A stretch of 41,644 nt of DNA from a virus (lineage: Duplodnaviria; Caudoviricetes), in IMG/VR virus record IMGVR_UViG_3300050150_000071, positions 1 to 41,644 of that record. One strand, 5' to 3'. Made by a program: the position numbers and the translations under genes. This document shows, piece by piece, positions 1-8,669 of this stretch (its first letter is position 1; the number at the start of each line of letters is the position of its first letter). The notes below the pieces were generated by a model. The model saw only the letters and a program-made list of their open reading frames with translations. It had not been told where the DNA came from and ran no database searches.

Positions 1-296
1 CCTACGCGCTGATCCTGCTCGACGCCAAGCCTGACACCGACCTGAACTGGCCCGATGCCAAGGCCTGGGCCGAAGCCCAAGGCGGCCAGCTCCCCAACCG
101 CGTTGAATCCCTGCTGCTGTTCAGCAACCTGCCGGGCGAGTTCGCACGCACCCGGCACTGGACCGGCACACCGCACTCCAGCGGCTGCGCCTGGTGTCAG
201 TACTTCAGCCACGGCTTCCAGTACGGCACCAGCACCAGTGCTGAGTTGTGTGCCAGAGCCGTCCGCAGATTGCCCATTGATCCTTCAATCCTTTGA
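1..296 (+). CDS. DGR target protein 1 (DUF1566/CLec-like, 103 aa); 3' part of a gene starting at 41629 across the circular junction
   Basis: Frame 3 reads YALILLDAKPDTDLNWPDAKAWAEAQGGQLPNRVESLLLFSNL...HWTGTPHSSGCAWCQYFSHGFQYGTSTSAELCARAVRRLPIDPSIL*. It is homologous to 8168..8650 and contains VR1. It is absent from the ORF track because its start wraps. Confidence 0.9.
   Translation, partial: YALILLDAKPDTDLNWPDAKAWAEAQGGQLPNRVESLLLFSNLPGEFARTRHWTGTPHSSGCAWCQYFSHGFQYGTSTSAELCARAVRRLPIDPSIL
168..270 (+). repeat. DGR variable repeat VR1
   Basis: 103 bp aligning without gaps to TR 9208..9310, with 12 mismatches, all at TR adenines. Confidence 0.97.
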
Positions 297-307
297 GGGG
301 TGGGGCC

Positions 308-616
308 ATGCAGGCATTCATCAATCAAATCGAAGGGCGTTACCGCATCGATACCTGCGGTGATGCTGCGCCGGGCCTTATCCCCGCGCCGATGGAAGCC
401 GCTGGCCACCTGGCTGAGCGCCAGGCCGAGCGCGAGCAGGCTTTTGCCCAGAGCGCGGCCGCCATCGCTGCGGCCCGTGCTCAAGCCGCAGCCGCAGCAA
501 CACCCCCCAGCTACTCCAGCAAGCGCCAGCTGATCACCGATGGGCTGTGCGCCCTGGTGGTGGTCGCGCTGCTGAGCTTTGTCTTGAGCTACGGCGAGCC
601 GCTTAGGGGATGGTGA
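308..616 (+). CDS. hypothetical protein with C-terminal transmembrane segment
   Basis: ORF in the early operon with hydrophobic GLCALVVVALLSFVLSY; its stop overlaps the next start. Confidence 0.6.
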   Translation: MQAFINQIEGRYRIDTCGDAAPGLIPAPMEAAGHLAERQAEREQAFAQSAAAIAAARAQAAAAATPPSYSSKRQLITDGLCALVVVALLSFVLSYGEPLRGW

Positions 617-948
617 TGCAAGTACGCAAAATCAACGCTGACCACCTGCAGCTGGTGCTGGTCACCATGCGCATGCGGCGCAACAACCCGAGCCTTGCGC
701 GCTTCTGCGCGCTCTCCAACGGCGCCACATGGCAGCGCTGCGAGTACCGCCAGCGCCCATCTGATGAGCCAGCCGCCAACCGCTGGGTGCATCAACCGCT
801 GATGGTCCCGATGCTGCCATCGGTTACGTCTCGCCTGGTCGAGCGCGTGCGCCTGCACCACGGCCTGCCCGAGGTCAAAGCCACCTGGGGCCAGGGCTAC
901 AAGGCCATGTTGGCTGAAGTCTCCCCGCAGCGGAGGGCCAAGCCATGA
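616..948 (+). CDS. hypothetical protein
   Basis: Translationally coupled at both ends (TGATG, ATGA). Confidence 0.6.
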   Translation: MQVRKINADHLQLVLVTMRMRRNNPSLARFCALSNGATWQRCEYRQRPSDEPAANRWVHQPLMVPMLPSVTSRLVERVRLHHGLPEVKATWGQGYKAMLAEVSPQRRAKP

Positions 949-1151
949 CGTTTGTATCCCTTCGCTTTGCCGCGCCCGCTGGCGCCCTGTGCTACCGCAT
1001 GGCCGAGGTGCTCGACACCCGCGCCGCCGCCAGCCAGCTGGTGGTGCGGGTGCTGACCACAGGGGCCGTGCGCTGCGTCTCTACCACCTCGGTGGCCTGC
1101 GCCGCCGATGACACCACCACCACCGAAGAGGCCCAACATGCAGCGCTCTAA
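945..1151 (+). CDS. hypothetical protein
   Basis: ATGA overlap with the upstream gene. Confidence 0.55.
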   Translation: MTFVSLRFAAPAGALCYRMAEVLDTRAAASQLVVRVLTTGAVRCVSTTSVACAADDTTTTEEAQHAAL

Positions 1152-1437
1152 CGTGATCGACGCCACCGCCCTGTTGCGCCGGGCCAAGCCCGCTGCCAAC
1201 GACCAGGCCACGCACACACCGGTTGGTCAGGCCCAGGCAGCACCCGAAGGCCCGCCTACCCCTGCAGCGGGCTCCGCCGCCGGGCAGTTCTGGCGCAACC
1301 TGTTGTGGTTGTATGAGCCGCTGTGGTTGCGTATGACCTACTGGCCCAACGTGGTGGGCGCCATGCGCCTCGTGAGCTTCTACACCCTGGTGGGCGGCGT
1401 GGTGGGCGCGCTGGCCACCTGCAGCCACGGGGCCTGA
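1138..1437 (+). CDS. hypothetical membrane protein
   Basis: GAGG before ATG 1138; hydrophobic C-terminus. Confidence 0.55.
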   Translation: MQRSNVIDATALLRRAKPAANDQATHTPVGQAQAAPEGPPTPAAGSAAGQFWRNLLWLYEPLWLRMTYWPNVVGAMRLVSFYTLVGGVVGALATCSHGA

Positions 1438-1440
1438 GCC

Positions 1441-1770
1441 ATGAGCAGCCCCATCTGCATCAAGGCCAGCGTGAAGGGCCAGGCCTATTACGTGAATGTG
1501 GGCGGCGCCTACTTCGTGCAGTTTCTGCTGGATCAGCCCAAGGGCCTGCCCATCCTGGTGGATTGGCCATTTGGCGAGGGCAGCGCGGCCAGCTCAGCCG
1601 CCCAGAACGCCGCCACCAGCCTGCGCCGCGACACGCCCATCACCGCCGAGGGCAACTGCCTGCGGGTTCACCGCTATCGCGGCCAGGACTGCCTGCAGCT
1701 GGTGGGCGCGATCAGCGTGACCCGCCCCACACCCCGATCGTTCATCGAAGCCGCAGCTGCCACTGCGTGA
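1441..1770 (+). CDS. hypothetical protein
   Basis: Tightly packed in the operon with phage-like codon usage. Confidence 0.6.
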   Translation: MSSPICIKASVKGQAYYVNVGGAYFVQFLLDQPKGLPILVDWPFGEGSAASSAAQNAATSLRRDTPITAEGNCLRVHRYRGQDCLQLVGAISVTRPTPRSFIEAAAATA

Positions 1771-1775
1771 ACACC

Positions 1776-2366
1776 ATGATCCACATGCAAATCGTTGGCC
1801 TGACCGGGAAAGCCGGGGCAGGCAAGGACACCGCCGCACAGCTGCTGTGCGAAGCGCTGCAGGCCCGGTGCCGCAAGACCCGCACCATGGCGTTCGCCGA
1901 CCCGATCAAGGCCGCGCTCCAAGCCATGGGGGTGCCGGGCAGCTACATGCACGAGCGGCATCGCAAGGAAATCGCCATCCCCAACTGGGGCACCAGCTAT
2001 CGCCACCTCGCCCAGACGCTGGGCACAGAGTGGGGCCGCGAGCACCACGGCCAGGACTTCTGGATCTGCCGCCTGGCAGACCGCGTGGTCGAGCTGGGCA
2101 CCATGGGCCGTTTGCCCGATGTGCTGGTGATCACAGATGTCCGCATGCAGAACGAGGCCGACTGGATCAAGGCCCGCCGCGGCCTGTTGGTCGAGGTGAC
2201 GCGACCCGACACGAGCGCGGTGCGCCAACACGTGAGCGAGGCTGGCGTGCAAGGCATCGATCAGGTCCTGGAGAACGATGGTGACCTGGTCAGCTTGCGC
2301 GCCCGCTGCGGCCAGCTGAGCAACCTGGTGTTGGCCAAGTTGTCGCTGAATGGGATCGAAGCATGA
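1776..2366 (+). CDS. deoxynucleoside monophosphate kinase (T4 gp1-like)
   Basis: IVGLTGKAGAGKDT P-loop plus FADPIK, QTLGTEWGR, ITDVRMQNE and HVSE motifs. Confidence 0.88.
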   Translation: MIHMQIVGLTGKAGAGKDTAAQLLCEALQARCRKTRTMAFADPIKAALQAMGVPGSYMHERHRKEIAIPNWGTSYRHLAQTLGTEWGREHHGQDFWICRLADRVVELGTMGRLPDVLVITDVRMQNEADWIKARRGLLVEVTRPDTSAVRQHVSEAGVQGIDQVLENDGDLVSLRARCGQLSNLVLAKLSLNGIEA

Positions 2367-2581
2367 GCTACATCACCATCTGGCCAGGCCAGCCCGGCGG
2401 CTACATGCCCACCGTGGCCGAGAAGCTGCTGGAAGAGCCCGGCGTGCAAAGCCGCGCCAAAGAAGCCCAGGGCTTTGAGGTGACGCACCGCAACTGCCCG
2501 CCCAAGCCGGTGAAGACCATGAAGCCGCGCATGGGCATCGTGCAGAAGCCCCAGGCCAAGGCCAAGCGCCACCCCGCATGA
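2363..2581 (+). CDS. hypothetical basic protein
   Basis: ATGA coupling to the upstream gene. Confidence 0.5.
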   Translation: MSYITIWPGQPGGYMPTVAEKLLEEPGVQSRAKEAQGFEVTHRNCPPKPVKTMKPRMGIVQKPQAKAKRHPA

Positions 2582-2588
2582 GGCAGCC

Positions 2589-3065
2589 ATGAGCAAGCGC
2601 CAACCATCGACCTACACCGCGCTGGACGAGCTTCTGGCCAGCCCCACCGACCCGCTGCCCGCCGCCAAGCGCGAGCACCAGATGGGCCGCATGTGGGCAG
2701 GCCTGCAGGCCATGGAATCCGCGCCTACCCCAAGCACCGACGCGTGGCGTGTGTGCTCTGACGCCGTCAACCTCATGGAGACCCTGATCTCCATGGGCGA
2801 GGCCGAAGACCACGGCGGCCTGGTGGCCGACTGCGTGGCCGCGCTGGCCCAGGCTGGCAGCCGCCATGTGGAGCAGGGCGCGCCCATCCGGCTGACCGGC
2901 AAAGGCATCCAGGACTTGCGCGCCGTGCTGGAGGACTACGCCCTGCTGATCAACCAACTGCCCGCCCGTGTGATGGTGCGCTGCCACCGGCTGACCGAGC
3001 GCCGCGTGCAGGCCATCTTGCGCGGCCAGGCCCAGGCGCATGACGTGCGCATCGTGGCCGTTTGA
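2589..3065 (+). CDS. conserved phage hypothetical protein
   Basis: GAGG RBS, 158 aa, strong GC3 codon bias. Confidence 0.7.
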   Translation: MSKRQPSTYTALDELLASPTDPLPAAKREHQMGRMWAGLQAMESAPTPSTDAWRVCSDAVNLMETLISMGEAEDHGGLVADCVAALAQAGSRHVEQGAPIRLTGKGIQDLRAVLEDYALLINQLPARVMVRCHRLTERRVQAILRGQAQAHDVRIVAV

Positions 3066-3107
3066 GCCAACCACCAGTTTTTTCAACCACTCCACACAGG
3101 AGACCAC

Positions 3108-3470
3108 ATGGCGATTCGCCCCATCACCGACACGCTGCGGATGATCGACAACGGAGTACTTGTCGACCTCGCCAGCGAGAAGCTCAACCAGCTGATCAAG
3201 CGCGTGGAAGACACGCACAAGGCCGGCAGGCTGACCATCACCCTGGACATCAAACCGGCCCGCGCCGGGGCCATGAACATCATCCCCACCGTGGTGGCCA
3301 AGATGCCCGAGGCCAAGGCTGACCCGACCCTGCTGTGGATCACGCCCGACTTCAACCTGACGGCCGAGAACCCCAACCAGCAGAAGCTGGACTTGCGCCA
3401 GGTGGAGCCCGCCGTGGCCGAGCTGCGCGAGGCCGTCGAGCCCAGCCAGCCGCTGCGCAGCGCCTCCTGA
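3108..3470 (+). CDS. YfdP-like phage protein
   Basis: AGGAG RBS; KAGRLTITLDIKP...LTAENPNQQKL pattern; sits directly before YfdQ as is usual. Confidence 0.7.
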   Translation: MAIRPITDTLRMIDNGVLVDLASEKLNQLIKRVEDTHKAGRLTITLDIKPARAGAMNIIPTVVAKMPEAKADPTLLWITPDFNLTAENPNQQKLDLRQVEPAVAELREAVEPSQPLRSAS

Positions 3471-3511
3471 TCACCCCTTATCCACCACCAGCGCACCGCG
3501 CACAAGCAACC

Positions 3512-4390
3512 ATGAGCAGCAATGACCTCCTGCTGGGCGACAAGCCTGGCATCAACATCGCCGAGACCCTGTCCCGCATCTTGCCCGACGCCAAGATCGT
3601 CAGCACCACCACCACCGATGTGCCCAGCCTGCACATCAGCCACGTGGCCGTGCCCAAGGGCTTCGACCTGCGCGAGCTGAAGCTCGACCTGGAACAGTAC
3701 CTGGACAACCCGCGCGCCACCGTGGCCACCGCCGAGCTGCAGGACTGCGACAGCTTCCTGAGCTACGTGAAGCGCCACGGCACCGACGGCACCGTGGTCT
3801 GGTGCGACTTCGACCCCGCCACCTACCGCCTGAGCTTCCGCGCCGTGTTCGACGAGCACGAGAAGGGCACCGCCGGCTGGCGCCGCCACCAGGCCACCTT
3901 CACGCCGCGCGCCAGCAACGAGTGGCAGATCTGGACGGGCCGCAACGGCAAGGCCACGCCCCAGGTGGAGTTCGCCGAGTTTCTGGAGCGTCAGGAGCTG
4001 GACATCGCGGCGCGCGAGGGCCGCCCCAGCAGCGCCGAAATGATGCAGATGGCCACCAACTTCGAGAGCAGCGGCGAGAAGCGCCTGCGCAGCTCCAGCC
4101 GCCTGCAGGACGGCAGCGTGCGCCTGGAATACATCGAGGGTGAAGACGAGAAGACCATCCAGCACATGAAGCTGTTTGAACGGTTCGTGATCGGCATCCC
4201 CGTGTTCTGGGCGGGCCCGGGCTATGTCATCGAAGCCCGCCTGAAGTACCGCACCCAGCAAGGCAAGGTCAGCTTTTGGTACGAACTGATCCGCCCCGAC
4301 CGCTCGCACGAAGCCGCGGCGAAGGAGCTGATCCAGAAGGTGCGCGAAGGCATCAACAACCTGCCCCTGCTGACCGGCGCCTGCCGCTGA
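3512..4390 (+). CDS. YfdQ/DUF2303 family protein
   Basis: SFLSYVKRH, AGWRRHQATF, QVEFAEFLE, IGIPVF...ARLKYR motifs. Confidence 0.85.
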   Translation: MSSNDLLLGDKPGINIAETLSRILPDAKIVSTTTTDVPSLHISHVAVPKGFDLRELKLDLEQYLDNPRATVATAELQDCDSFLSYVKRHGTDGTVVWCDFDPATYRLSFRAVFDEHEKGTAGWRRHQATFTPRASNEWQIWTGRNGKATPQVEFAEFLERQELDIAAREGRPSSAEMMQMATNFESSGEKRLRSSSRLQDGSVRLEYIEGEDEKTIQHMKLFERFVIGIPVFWAGPGYVIEARLKYRTQQGKVSFWYELIRPDRSHEAAAKELIQKVREGINNLPLLTGACR

Positions 4391-4417
4391 TCCACCGCCA
4401 CCACAAAGACCGCAGCC

Positions 4418-4720
4418 ATGGCCTCCAAAGCCCCCATCAACGAGCCATCCATCTACATGGACATCGAGCAGGTGCTGCACGCCGTGCAGCTGGGCCTGTC
4501 GACCTGGTGGGGGCTGATCAACGCCGGAGACGCCCCGCGCCCCCGGCAGGCCTCCAAAGGCAGCAGCCGCTGGCTGCGGCGCGAGATCACCGAGTGGTGC
4601 GAATCCCGGCCTGTGGCCGATCTTCCGCCACCGCCCAACGCAGGCAAGGGCGCCACCGGCCGCGCCCGGGCCGCCCGAGCCGAAGCCGCCAACACCACCG
4701 CCCAACAGGAGGCCGCTTGA
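4418..4720 (+). CDS. AlpA-family DNA-binding protein / probable excisionase
   Basis: LSTWWGLINAGDAPRPRQ...SRWLRREITEW AlpA pattern. Confidence 0.75.
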   Translation: MASKAPINEPSIYMDIEQVLHAVQLGLSTWWGLINAGDAPRPRQASKGSSRWLRREITEWCESRPVADLPPPPNAGKGATGRARAARAEAANTTAQQEAA

Positions 4721-5028
4721 CCCGCTACGCATACCCCTTCGGCGCCTTCTGCGTCGAGCAGATCCCCAACCAGCCCCAGGTGGCGCACTGCCACAGCTTT
4801 TTCGTGAAGGCCAGCAAGCGTGGCAAAGGCATGGGCAAGCTGCTCAAGCGCACCCAGTGCGAGGTGCTGGTGAGAGAGGGCTTCAACTTCGCCACCTGCA
4901 CCACGGCCGGCGACAACACCCGCATGCACCGCGTGCTGGAGGCCTGCGGCTGGAAGCGCCTGGCTGAGTTTTCGAACGAGGCCACGGCTGGCGCGACGAT
5001 CCTGTGGGGCTGGGAGGTGAGGGCGTGA
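4717..5028 (+). CDS. GNAT family acetyltransferase
   Basis: TTG start after AGGAGG; FFVKASKRGKGMGKLL acetyl-CoA motif A and N..M..VLEACGW motif B. Confidence 0.75.
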   Translation: MTRYAYPFGAFCVEQIPNQPQVAHCHSFFVKASKRGKGMGKLLKRTQCEVLVREGFNFATCTTAGDNTRMHRVLEACGWKRLAEFSNEATAGATILWGWEVRA

Positions 5029-6710
5029 TCACCAACCAATTCATTCTGCCCATCGCCCACGAGCTGGCGGTGGATCTGTTCGCCGGCGGTGGCGGCGCCA
5101 GCACCGGCATTGAGCAAGCCATCGGCCGGCACGTTGACATCGCCGTCAACCACGACCCTGAGGCCGTGAGCCTGCACCAGGCCAACCACCCACAGACGCG
5201 GCACTTCGTGAGCGATGTGTTTGAGGTCGACCCCATCACCGTCACTGGCGGCCAGCCCGTGGGCCTGCTCTGGGCCAGCCCTGACTGCACCTTCCACAGC
5301 AAGGCGCGAGGCGGCAAGCCCTACCGCGACCGCAACAAGGCTCGCCGCCGCCGTGGCCTGGCCTGGGTGGTGTGCCGCTGGGCGCGCGAGGTGCAGCCCC
5401 GCGTGATCTGCTTGGAAAACGTCGAAGAGTTCCAGCACTGGGGCCCGCTCAATGAAGACGGCCAGCCCTGCCCGCAGCGCAAGGGTGACACCTTTCGCCG
5501 CTGGGTGGCCCAGCTGCGCAACCTGGGCTATGCCGTGGAGTGGCGCGAACTGCGCGCCTGCGACTTCGGCGCCCCGACCATCCGCAAGCGCCTGTTCCTG
5601 GTGGCCCGGCGCGATGGCCAGCCCATCGTGTGGCCTGCAGCCACCCATGGCGCCCCCGACAGCCTGCCCGTGAAGCAGCGCAAGCTGCAACCCTGGCGCA
5701 CTGCCGCCGATTGCATCGACTGGAGCATCCCGGCGCCCAGCATTTTCGAGCGGTCGCGCCCACTGGCCGAGGCCACCATGCGCCGCATCGCCAAGGGCAT
5801 CCAGCGTTATGTGATCGATGCGGCTGAGCCGTTCATCGTCGAGTTCGCCAACCGATCGCGCGAGGGCCTGGACCCGATGGGCAAGCCCCTGCGCACGATC
5901 ACCGCCACTCCAGAAGGCGGAACCTTTGCGCTGTGTTCGCCCACCCTGGTGCAGACCGGATACGGCGAGCGCCCAGGTCAAGCTCCGCGTGTTCCCGGCC
6001 TGGAAAAGCCCCTGGGCACCGCCGTGGGCGGCCAGAAGCATGCACTGGTCACGGCCATGCTGGCCAAGCACTACGGCGGCGTGGTGGGCCAAGCGATCGA
6101 CAAGCCCACAGGCACCGTGACCACGGTCGACCACCACAGCCTGGTCACGGCCAACCTGGTGCACATGGGCCATGGCGAAGGCAAGGACGGCAAAGCCCGC
6201 TTCAGCCACGGCATCCGCGATGTGGCCCAGCCCATCAACACCATCACCGCCAGCGGTGTGTCGGCGGGCCTGGTCACCAGCAACCTGGTCAAGCTGCGCG
6301 GCACCAGCTCCGCATCGGGCACAGATGAGCCTGTGCACACCGTGAGCGCCCAGGGCCTGCACCACGCCGAGGTGCGCGCCTTCTTGATCAAGTACTACGG
6401 CAGCGACCAGGACCCACAGATGCTGGATCCGCTGCACACCATCACCACCAAGGACCGCTTTGGCCTGGTCATGGTCAAGGGCGAGCCCTACGCCATCGTG
6501 GACATCGGCCTGCGGATGCTGGCGCCACGCGAGCTGTACCGGGCCCAGGGCTTCCCCGACACCTACATCATCGACCGTGGCGCCGATGGCCACCCGCTGA
6601 CCAAGACCGCCCAGGTGCGCATGTGCGGCAACAGCGTTTGCCCGCCGCTGTCGCGGGCCCTGGTGGCAGCCAACTACGACGAGCGCCAGGCCATGGAGCG
6701 TGCAGCATGA
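5025..6710 (+). CDS. DNA (cytosine-5) methyltransferase, orphan
   Basis: DLFAGGGG (I), SPDC (IV), ENV (VI), RKRLF (VIII), RELYRAQGF (IX) and GNSV (X) motifs. Confidence 0.95.
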   Translation: MITNQFILPIAHELAVDLFAGGGGASTGIEQAIGRHVDIAVNHDPEAVSLHQANHPQTRHFVSDVFEVDPITVTGGQPVGLLWASPDCTFHSKARGGKPYRDRNKARRRRGLAWVVCRWAREVQPRVICLENVEEFQHWGPLNEDGQPCPQRKGDTFRRWVAQLRNLGYAVEWRELRACDFGAPTIRKRLFLVARRDGQPIVWPAATHGAPDSLPVKQRKLQPWRTAADCIDWSIPAPSIFERSRPLAEATMRRIAKGIQRYVIDAAEPFIVEFANRSREGLDPMGKPLRTITATPEGGTFALCSPTLVQTGYGERPGQAPRVPGLEKPLGTAVGGQKHALVTAMLAKHYGGVVGQAIDKPTGTVTTVDHHSLVTANLVHMGHGEGKDGKARFSHGIRDVAQPINTITASGVSAGLVTSNLVKLRGTSSASGTDEPVHTVSAQGLHHAEVRAFLIKYYGSDQDPQMLDPLHTITTKDRFGLVMVKGEPYAIVDIGLRMLAPRELYRAQGFPDTYIIDRGADGHPLTKTAQVRMCGNSVCPPLSRALVAANYDERQAMERAA

Positions 6711-6982
6711 GCAGCGCCGGAACCCTCGCCCGCGAGCGCTTTGAATCTCGCATAGCCACCATCGCCGTGGGCGCCACGTTGGCGCGCCGGAAACGCCCGT
6801 GGACGGTCACCAAGCAAACCCACCGCGCCACCACCGTCGACCTGACCTTGCGCCATGGCCGCCACACGATCACCGTGCCGGTACCCGTGTGCCACACCGG
6901 CCCGGTGCTGTGGCAGGTGAGGCTGCATGCCATCACCGCCGCACCCATGCAGCGCGAGCTGCTGCCAACGGCGCCCACGTGA
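6707..6982 (+). CDS. hypothetical protein
   Basis: GGAG RBS and ATGA overlap with the MTase stop. Confidence 0.5.
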   Translation: MSSAGTLARERFESRIATIAVGATLARRKRPWTVTKQTHRATTVDLTLRHGRHTITVPVPVCHTGPVLWQVRLHAITAAPMQRELLPTAPT

Positions 6983-7197
6983 CCCGATTCCTGCGCTGCC
7001 CAGCCACCGAAGCCCACGCCCGCCACATGGCCCACCTGCAAGCCCTGACCACCCGCGATGAGCGCGCGGCCTACATCGAGCGAGTGCGCCAGGACGAGGG
7101 CCCATTTCTGGCCAAGTGGCTGCTTGACGACTTCTCCACCTGGTGGGCCAAGCGCCCGAAGGATGCCCCATGCCAAAACTCAGCACCCCGCCCCTGA
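6979..7197 (+). CDS. hypothetical protein
   Basis: GTGA overlap; reads (M)TRFLRCPATEAHARH... Confidence 0.5.
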   Translation: MTRFLRCPATEAHARHMAHLQALTTRDERAAYIERVRQDEGPFLAKWLLDDFSTWWAKRPKDAPCQNSAPRP

Positions 7198-7652
7198 ACC
7201 CGCTGAAGCACAAGCCAGCAGAGCCCACCTTTGGCCTGTCAGCAACCGAGATCGCGCTGATCCGCTCCATGTGTGAAGGCCGCACCATCGAGGGCGCGTC
7301 AGCGCACATCGGCATCAGCTTGGCCATGGGCCAGCAACACCTGCGCTACATGAAGCACAAGATGAAGTGCTTCCACCTCACCTGCATGGCGCTGTTGGCC
7401 GAGCGCGCAGGCCTGCTCAATGGCGTGCTGGGCAGCAGCACCAACGAGGCGCTGCGTTGGCAGCCAACCGGCATGCCCGATGCCGATGAAAACGTGCTGC
7501 TCACCATGATCACCGCCGATGGCCCCGAAGTGTGGCCAGGCTACTGGAGCGGCGCGCAATGGCTGGCCTTGGATGGCATGCCCATCCGATGGACCGTGGT
7601 GTCCTGGGCCAAGTGGCCCGAAGGCCACACCCCCAAGCCCAAAGCCGCCTGA
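7170..7652 (+). CDS. LuxR-like HTH fused to DUF551-like C-terminal domain
   Basis: LSATEIALIRSMCEGRTIEGASAHIGISL LuxR-type HTH; WQPTGMPD...VVSWAKWPE DUF551-like pattern. Confidence 0.6.
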   Translation: MPKLSTPPLNPLKHKPAEPTFGLSATEIALIRSMCEGRTIEGASAHIGISLAMGQQHLRYMKHKMKCFHLTCMALLAERAGLLNGVLGSSTNEALRWQPTGMPDADENVLLTMITADGPEVWPGYWSGAQWLALDGMPIRWTVVSWAKWPEGHTPKPKAA

Positions 7653-7710
7653 CCGTTTCCCAGCGGGACGCGGCCACCCGCAGCACTGGCCGCATATCAA
7701 AAGCAGACCC

Positions 7711-8018
7711 ATGAAACTCAAGATCATCCTGATGACGTCGATCATCACCACCTTGGCCGCATGCGGCAAGCCCGATGTGTCGTTCTCGACCCTGGAAGAC
7801 GCACGCGGCCCGCATGCCCTCAAGGCGACGGCTGGGCCACCATGGACTTCGTGAGCCCCGACCATGCAACTGTGGTCAAGGCCAAGTGCAGCACCGTCAG
7901 CGCAAGCCTGGGCTGCCTGGAAGACGTCGACTTCAAGACCAAGCCCTTCGCATCGGATGACGGCTCCTGCCAGCCGGCCACCAAGGTGCCGTTCCCGCTC
8001 CCGAAGATCGCCAAATGA
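7711..8018 (+). pseudogene. frameshifted phage lipoprotein
   Basis: Signal peptide/lipobox MKLKIILMTSIITTLAAC-GK is in one frame and the Cys-rich body CPQGDGWA...PFPLPKIAK is in another; frame break near 7805-7815. Confidence 0.6.
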
Positions 8019-8113
8019 GTCTCCTTTGGCTGATCACGGCAATTTGCTTTGCCTCCTGCACTTACGCAGGGTACCGCCTGGGCCGCTACGTCGAGCGGCG
8101 CAGCAAGAAGTGA
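8015..8113 (+). CDS. small membrane protein (32 aa)
   Basis: ATGA-coupled ORF MSLLWLITAICFASCTYAGYRLGRYVERRSKK*. Confidence 0.45.
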   Translation: MSLLWLITAICFASCTYAGYRLGRYVERRSKK

Positions 8114-8167
8114 CCACCCGGTAAGCCGCCTCCGTCATTGGCTGCAGCCCATCACCTCAAACCCATT

Positions 8168-8650
8168 ATGAGCACCTCAGAAATCACCCTCCCAATCAAC
8201 GTCGAAGCCCTGACGCTGGACGCGGCCAAATCCATGCACAGCAGCCTGGCCGAGATCATCGCCAAGCTCGAAGCGGATCTGCCGATCACCTTGACCCTGC
8301 CCGCAGCCACCATCGAGCTGGCCAAGGGCGAGCGCTTCGCAGGCCTGGTGCTGAGCGAAGACGGCAAACCCAGCCACCACCTGGTGCTGTTGCCCGGCCA
8401 AGCCACTGACGTGGACTGGGACGACGCCAAGACCTGGGCCGCCAGCATCGGCGGCGAACTGCCCACCCGCCAAGAGCAGGCACTGCTGTTCGCCAACCTC
8501 AAGGGCAGCTTCGAGACCCGCGCCTACTGGTCCGGCACACCGCCCTCCAGCGGCCACGCCTGGTGTCAGTACTTCAGCAGCGGCGGCCAGGACAACTACA
8601 GCACCAGTGCTGAGTTGTGTGCCAGAGCCGTCCGCAGATTGCCCATTTGA
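8168..8650 (+). CDS. DGR target protein 2 (DUF1566/CLec-like, with N-terminal extension)
   Basis: WDDAKTWAASIGGELPTRQEQALLF...YWSGT...AW...ARAVRR CLec-type motifs; contains VR2 at its 3' end. Confidence 0.92.
   Translation: MSTSEITLPINVEALTLDAAKSMHSSLAEIIAKLEADLPITLTLPAATIELAKGERFAGLVLSEDGKPSHHLVLLPGQATDVDWDDAKTWAASIGGELPTRQEQALLFANLKGSFETRAYWSGTPPSSGHAWCQYFSSGGQDNYSTSAELCARAVRRLPI
8537..8639 (+). repeat. DGR variable repeat VR2
   Basis: 103 bp aligning to TR with 10 mismatches at TR adenines plus one T>C at 8555. Confidence 0.97.
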
Positions 8651-8669
8651 TCCTTTGATCCTTTGACCC

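Noticed and set aside
55-363. ORF-track protein 55..363
   Set aside because: Wrong frame; the frame 3 reading is homologous to target 2 and puts the TR adenines at codon positions 1-2.
3083-6593. Long antisense ORFs (3083..4732, 4725..6593; likewise 9245..10357, 25367..27523, 29774..31306)
   Set aside because: Shadow ORFs opposite well-supported genes, as expected in high-GC DNA.
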